IMG/VR virus record: IMGVR_UViG_3300025122_000005
Coordinates: 1 to 64,000 of that record
Origin: a virus
Strand: one strand, 5' to 3'
Length of the DNA: 64,000 nucleotides
Shown: piece after piece, positions 58,998-64,000 of the stretch
How the letters are laid out: every line of letters begins with the position of its first letter
Numbering within the stretch: position 1 is the first letter of the stretch
The notes under the pieces: model-generated
What the model was told of the DNA's origin: nothing
The model's database searches: none
What the model saw: the letters and a program-made list of their open reading frames with translations, nothing else
Made by a program: the position numbers and the translations under genes

Positions 58998-59141
58998 TGA
59001 TGGATTTAACATGGATTCCCTAGTAGACGTGGTTGGTGCCGAGCATTCCTTCGGCCCATGGTTCGATACCCCACCTTGCAGACGTGCAATGCGACTTTAG
59101 CGAGTCATTGGAACGAACGGGAATCCATGTTAAATCCATCA
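58998..59141. ncRNA. Candidate structured ncRNA closed by a perfect 23-bp inverted repeat
   Basis: TGATGGATTTAACATGGATTCCC ... GGGAATCCATGTTAAATCCATCA with internal hairpins; intergenic. Confidence 0.55.
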
Positions 59142-59166
59142 GATTATTGAGAAATTCATTTTTTTC

Positions 59167-59219
59167 TTGACTTTTAAAAAATCATCTGTTAGTATATAAA
59201 CACAATCAACGAGAAAAGG
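59167..59219 (+). promoter_or_regulatory. Repeated early promoter-leader unit
   Basis: TTGACT-N17-TAGTAT-ATAAACACAATCAA. Confidence 0.8.
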
Positions 59220-59227
59220 TTTTCAAA

Positions 59228-59476
59228 ATGACCAAGACACAAACAAGGGAAGTTGCTAGCTATTGGCGGTGCAGCCAAGCGGCATGTAATAGTAGTGCTC
59301 AGTTTTGGACCGATGGAAATAAACTGTACAGTTATAAACTGTGCATTGGCGACACTACCGAATCCGGTAAAAAGGTCCTTAAGGACTACAGCGCAACCGG
59401 TCGCCATGGCTTTCAGTCTATGACAACATCCAAGCACGTTGGTTATGCTCGCGGATATGCACATATCGTCGATTAA
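59228..59476 (+). CDS. Hypothetical early protein
   Basis: TDGNKLYSYKLCIG...SMTTSKHV. Confidence 0.65.
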   Translation: MTKTQTREVASYWRCSQAACNSSAQFWTDGNKLYSYKLCIGDTTESGKKVLKDYSATGRHGFQSMTTSKHVGYARGYAHIVD

Positions 59477-59577
59477 TCGGCGCGATTTTTTACGCGAGTT
59501 TTTTTCTAAAAGACTTCTTGACAACCGTTTAAGCCTGTGCTACTATTAGGGCACATTGAATCGAAAAGGGTTTTAAA

Positions 59578-59784
59578 ATGTCGAAAGAATGGTACTACAG
59601 GTTAGGAAACCACGACGGGAAAGACGGCTTTCTATGGTCTGGTAGAATCAAATCTGATAAGGACATTACAGAAGTACAAGCGCGGAAAATGGTCCGAATT
59701 CAAGAAAGACTAAAGAGACTTCCGGCACGTACAATCGTGCTAAGTGCCGAGAATCTAACAGGAACCAAAAAAACTTTAAAATAA
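59578..59784 (+). CDS. Hypothetical early protein
   Basis: Promoter TTGACA-N17-TACTAT at 59518-59546. Confidence 0.6.
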   Translation: MSKEWYYRLGNHDGKDGFLWSGRIKSDKDITEVQARKMVRIQERLKRLPARTIVLSAENLTGTKKTLK

Positions 59785-59787
59785 CCC

Positions 59788-59815
59788 TTGACTTTTCGAC
59801 CCAGTTTGATATAAT
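59788..59815 (+). promoter_or_regulatory. Second-family early promoter (also 60444-60471 and 61293-61320)
   Basis: CTTGACTTT...TTTGATATAATG with N16 spacing. Confidence 0.75.
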
Positions 59816-59885
59816 GGTTGCAGAAGTTAGGGGAAGCACCCCGAAACATTAACGGCACACGTGCCAACAAATGAAAGGCTCTACC

Positions 59886-60128
59886 ATGAGCAAGCAAGAC
59901 AACGTACAAGCAACCGCCGCCCGAATCGCCGAGCTTAAGGCATTGACAGCCGAGCTTGACGCGCTCAAATCTCAGCCCCACCTTGACATTACCAAAAATG
60001 GTCATGTTGCTATTAAGGGTGTACGCAAGTTTCCGATTTGTTTCAAAGCATCCGAGCTGGAAACGGTGCTTGAAATGTTCGAGTCCGGCGCGGTGCGAGA
60101 ATTCGCCGTCTCTAGCGGCGTAATTTAA
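59886..60128 (+). CDS. Small coiled-coil plus beta-domain protein
   Basis: AAGG RBS; ATG 59886. Confidence 0.6.
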   Translation: MSKQDNVQATAARIAELKALTAELDALKSQPHLDITKNGHVAIKGVRKFPICFKASELETVLEMFESGAVREFAVSSGVI

Positions 60129-60147
60129 ACGATAGCAATCAACACTC

Positions 60148-60175
60148 GGCGGGTGAAAACCCGCCCTACTTTAAA
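60148..60175 (+). terminator. GAAA-tetraloop hairpin, probable terminator
   Basis: GGCGGGT-GAAA-ACCCGCC. Confidence 0.6.
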
Positions 60176-60517
60176 CAGTTTAAAAGGTTTTAAAATGATT
60201 TTCAGGTCAGCACCCGTTGTTCGGTCTTACGTCGCTAACCGTGCCACTACTCGGCGCAGGGTCAATCGTAACAGTCCAATTTTCGCACGTGCGGTGCCTA
60301 TCTGCGGATTCTTCTGCGGGCCAGCTTTTTGCAATTGTGAGACTCAGCCCTTTTCGGTTGAGATTAAAGAAGTCAACTAAAGGTTTAAAAGTAAATGGTT
60401 TATTCACGCGATGGTCCTTAAGAAAAGAAATTTAAAATAGTGCTTGACTTTCCCACCCGATTTGATATAATGAGTGTAGAAAGTGTTAGAGAGTAACAAA
60501 AAAAGAAAGGTTCCAGA

Positions 60518-60724
60518 ATGTTCGTACAATCCAAAGACACAACAAACCCACGTCATAAAGACGGGTTAGCTATAGAGCAAAGACGCGGTGAGCGCGAAAC
60601 CCTTGTACAGTGGTCCAATGGTGATTGCCAATGGGTCACCACTTCTGAGCTTGCAGGCACAGTGCGGCTTATTGGTTCGGTCAGCAGTGGCTTTGAGTAT
60701 GACAATAATTCTGATTTAGATTAA
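60518..60724 (+). CDS. SH3-like small protein
   Basis: GLAI...TLVQWSNG...WVTTSEL. Confidence 0.55.
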   Translation: MFVQSKDTTNPRHKDGLAIEQRRGERETLVQWSNGDCQWVTTSELAGTVRLIGSVSSGFEYDNNSDLD

Positions 60725-60828
60725 TGGCAAAGAAGAGAACAAAGAAGAAAGTAACCAAAACAATTTCGAAAGCATGGCGAAAGACTAAACGAGGCTAAAG
60801 CCATACAAGGTACGATAAAGAACAAAGC

Positions 60829-61039
60829 GTTAAGTTTTTGACGGTGTACAATCCTTTAGGCGTAAAGGGTGCTAGCGGTTGAACGGTTTCGAACTTAGTA
60901 CACACGCGAATCGTCAACAACTTGACAGTCAACCATGCCGTCAAACCTTTGGCGCAGTTAGTTTATGCACGCGGTTAGCCTGAAAAGCGGGTTAACGACG
61001 CTATCAGGCAGTTTTCTAACGGTGTCAAGGGTTTGACGG
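60829..61039 (+). ncRNA. Candidate two-domain structured RNA
   Basis: Long stems with several G-U wobbles (60829-60926 and 60938-61039). Confidence 0.55.
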
Positions 61040-61062
61040 TCGAGGGGAGTTAACAAATTAAC

Positions 61063-61250
61063 ATGACGTGGCGCAAGCTATTAATAGCAATATTCACCGC
61101 ATCGGCAATGATTGCCGCAGGTGCTTTTATTTACTGGTGTTTAGGTCCAACGGAGTTTAAATCGTGAAGCTACACAAATCGGACGCTCTCTTAATTATCA
61201 CGAGTCTTTCGCTTTTCGGCATGCTCGCGTACCTTTGCTTTGTACGCTAG
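61063..61250 (+). CDS. Two coupled single-TM peptides (61063-61167, 61164-61250)
   Basis: Manual translation; GAGGGG RBS. Confidence 0.5.
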
Positions 61251-61373
61251 GAAATGGCCGAGAACAAAAGAAATAAAAAGTTAAAATATCCCTTGACTTT
61301 TGCAGCAGGTTTGATATAATGGGTATACAAGGTTAGGGAATCAACCCTGACCATTCACCGCAAGGGATACAGC

Positions 61374-61890
61374 ATGCTGAACATCATCCGCAAGATACAG
61401 CAACGAACCGCCGCAATCGAATCCAAGTACAGCAAGAATGCAGCATGGCTAAACACTGCGCACGCTAGCTACCTCGACGCGGTCAACGCACCGTGCCCCA
61501 TTCCCAACGGCAACCCATGCCTCAACCTAGAGTGTCAAGGCTTTGACAGTCGCGAGCAAGACTACCGCGACATCATGAAGACGCTTGCCTTTGATGGTGC
61601 GCACGATGTCTTGACCCCCGGAAGATAAAGAAATAAAACTTTAAAAACACCTTAACCACTCTGGATCTTAATTGATGCGCATCGAAGATTACAACCATGT
61701 TGAGCTGTCTATTCAATCGGCAGTATTCACCGCCTTAGAAGATACCGGTCTAGACTCCGCCGGTGCTGCCAAGTTGATTGAGGTCATGACATATGTCAAC
61801 GGCGGCACGATTGACGGTATCCGTCAAGGCTTGCGGGACTACCAAGCAAAGCTAATATTAAACGGCCGTCCGAAACCCCGAAACATATAG
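61374..61890 (+). CDS. Two hypothetical proteins (61374-61628, 61675-61890)
   Basis: ORF track; promoter upstream. Confidence 0.5.
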
Positions 61891-61920
61891 CTTGACAAAC
61901 AATTTTTTTTCTTGACATCT

Positions 61921-61953
61921 ACGGGGGGGTCCCCCCCCCTACCCCCCTACCCT
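61921..61953. other. G7-T-C9 / CTACCCCCCTACCC homopolymer tract
   Basis: Seen directly, at the early/late boundary. Confidence 0.8.
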
Positions 61954-62071
61954 AATGTAAGTCCTATATAGATCTATCCGGTCAGGTATGGCTAGGTACA
62001 CGTTCACTATCGCCAAGAAAAAATCAGAGATTTTAAAACTAAGAAAACTAATTACAACATTGGAGGATCTC

Positions 62072-62443
62072 ATGAATATCACAAAACAAACGCTTAAGCA
62101 AATCATCAAGGAAGAGATCACAAAGTTCTTATATGAGGGTGAAGATGTATTACATCCGGAGCAGAGCAGGAAATTGCGCGCATATGCCCAGGAGATTAAC
62201 AAGGCAATTGAAGGCATGTCGCCGGACGAGGCGGGCATGTGGCTGACAGATAGAGCGAAAAGTGATGCAGCAAAGGATGCTCAGGACGACGGCGACCGGG
62301 GAGATTATTGGGAACACTACTACGATGGCAAGTACTTGAAGACATACGAAGAAGCTTATCGACAAGCCCAATCTGTAGCACTCGGTGGCGAATATATGTA
62401 TGAAACTAATTTAAACAGACGCGCTAAAAACCCCCAAAAATAA
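62072..62443 (+). CDS. Probable virion-internal protein
   Basis: MNITKQTLKQIIKEE start; GGAGG RBS; CTAATTAC upstream. Confidence 0.65.
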   Translation: MNITKQTLKQIIKEEITKFLYEGEDVLHPEQSRKLRAYAQEINKAIEGMSPDEAGMWLTDRAKSDAAKDAQDDGDRGDYWEHYYDGKYLKTYEEAYRQAQSVALGGEYMYETNLNRRAKNPQK

Positions 62444-62455
62444 AATGCAGAGATT

Positions 62456-63874
62456 ATGAAATTAATAATTGAAAATTGGAGAAAGTATGCAACCCAAGTA
62501 GATGAGATGGCAACCCGCGCATCTAAGGAAGGTGTAGATCTACCAGACCTCCTTGATACCCTACAGCACTACACAGTAAAGGATTTTGGTGGTCCACCAA
62601 CGCATTATATAACGTATACGAGCCTTAATAAGGTCGGCATCAATCCGGGGTCCAAATACAGTACTCCGAATGGCATATACGCATACCCTTTAACAAACTC
62701 CATATATAAATTAATTGAGAGTGGAAATCTACCGTATGCGCAAGAGAGAGAATATATATCAGTTATAACGCAAAAGGAAGGAGCGAATATGCTCACCCGA
62801 GTCACGCCGATTCATATGCCGCGACTTCTGAAAAAAATATATTCTCAGGAAGCAATCGATGCCGGTGTCGTGAAGAACCAAGAGATCATTGAGGAAATCA
62901 AAGATCACTACACACAAGGTCTAGATATCGACGTTAATCTCTTTAGTTTTCAGAAAATCGAAAAAGAAAGCCGTCACCAATACCCCTTCGGCATACTTTG
63001 GAACCTTACCCGCGTGGCATCCGACTATAACCCTAACACATGGTCTGCTTTGTTGCGATGGCTTGGCTTTGACGGTGCTTACGATTCTGGTGAGGGTATC
63101 ATTCACCCAAATGAACCAATTCAAGGAGTATTCTTCTCTAGATCTGCCTTAACCGTTGTCGAGACTTTCCCCAACAAGTATACTCCCGAACATATAAGGA
63201 TTCGCAAGAAGCAGTGGTTGAGGGCTGGAGCTAGCAAATTAGCATATACTGCATTACGAGACGAGAAATTATTTGGCCCATACCGGCAACATGAAGTCTT
63301 TAAAGATATTCGCAACACATTCATTAGAGAAATCATTGAGCATCTCTATGCCGACATACGATTGCTTACTCCGGAAAACTTTGGAGCAGTATATAACACT
63401 AAGTTCGACTGGGGATTGTCAACGATGGATGCATCGCGCTCCGATCAAGACGTTGAAGATCTCTTATATGTTTTAACCTCTGCGACCGAAAGTAACCAAT
63501 ACCGGGAGTTTTGGTATGGTTCCAAATTCTTAAACCGCGCCTTTGCTAGCTTTAGTGCCACTATAAGGGAATGGATGCGTACATGGGTACCGGGAGTACA
63601 AGGTGTTCCGGAAGGGTGGGAGCCCATGTATGCCAATTGGGATGAAAACGCTCCTAATGCCTCGAAGGGTAGAAAGGCTTATCACCGCGTCTCTAAACTG
63701 ACTGCATACGAATCATTCGGTCACGGTCTTAAGAGATTCCAAGAGGACATCAAAGAAGTATTAGATATTAGTGTTGAATTCAAAAATAAGTTTAATATTC
63801 CTAACATGTCATTAGATCAAAAGGCGGAGGAAGTTATGGCGAAGATGATGGATGACGTGGATGACGGAGAATAG
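62456..63874 (+). CDS. Probable virion-internal protein, ART-fold candidate
   Basis: MKLIIENWRKY start; HYIT, GIYAYP, GFDGAYD...HPNEPIQ. Confidence 0.55.
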   Translation: MKLIIENWRKYATQVDEMATRASKEGVDLPDLLDTLQHYTVKDFGGPPTHYITYTSLNKVGINPGSKYSTPNGIYAYPLTNSIYKLIESGNLPYAQEREYISVITQKEGANMLTRVTPIHMPRLLKKIYSQEAIDAGVVKNQEIIEEIKDHYTQGLDIDVNLFSFQKIEKESRHQYPFGILWNLTRVASDYNPNTWSALLRWLGFDGAYDSGEGIIHPNEPIQGVFFSRSALTVVETFPNKYTPEHIRIRKKQWLRAGASKLAYTALRDEKLFGPYRQHEVFKDIRNTFIREIIEHLYADIRLLTPENFGAVYNTKFDWGLSTMDASRSDQDVEDLLYVLTSATESNQYREFWYGSKFLNRAFASFSATIREWMRTWVPGVQGVPEGWEPMYANWDENAPNASKGRKAYHRVSKLTAYESFGHGLKRFQEDIKEVLDISVEFKNKFNIPNMSLDQKAEEVMAKMMDDVDDGE

Positions 63875-64000
63875 TGAAAAAATTCCCGACGAAAACCCGG
63901 TTTAGAATAAAAAAAATTCGTCAAAAATCACAAAAATAAAATTTTCGAGTTTTGCGAACACATAAACTAATTATAATAGCAAATTAATGGAGAAAACCCC

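Noticed and set aside
59040-59080. tRNA-like GGTTCGATACC motif
   Set aside because: The T-stem forms only 2 bp and there is no cloverleaf.
60195-60435. ORFs 60153-60380 and 60217-60435
   Set aside because: Overlapping, no clear RBS or motif; coding status cannot be supported.
218-63636. Minus-strand and alternate-frame ORFs of 60-190 aa in the track
   Set aside because: They lie within well-supported + strand genes and lack RBS or recognisable motifs.
1-64000. Stop-codon reassignment as in some huge phages
   Set aside because: Long conserved genes are intact under code 11 and end in TAA, TAG and TGA.

Overview
64-kb fragment of a large (probably jumbo/huge) myovirus-like bacteriophage. All credible genes are on the + strand. 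Layout: 1-8 kb tail module (5'-truncated tape measure, tube/baseplate initiator, LysM wedge, hub). 8-28 kb replication and nucleotide metabolism (minimal PolA, degenerate tubulin-like protein, gp32-like SSB, AIPR-like + Dam, RecA, 5' nuclease, helicase, class II RNR, GroES, MopE-repeat/vWA lipoprotein, DnaE, dUTPase, IMPDH/GMPR). 28-40 kb regulators, probable virion proteins, GroEL and a 346-bp exact direct repeat around an 868-bp foreign insert. 40-62 kb hypervariable early region with many repeated sigma70 promoters, tRNA-Arg(UCU), a MoxR/vWA pair and two or more structured-RNA candidates. 62-64 kb probable virion-internal proteins. The most striking unexplained structure is a set of tandem arrays of tiny SH3/KOW-like genes (MKVGDLV...LEVISESR). 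They are joined by a conserved ~30-nt junction holding the RBS, the start codon and the previous stop codon, and show signs of cassette and half-gene shuffling. All product calls come from motif recognition by eye; no database searches were run.
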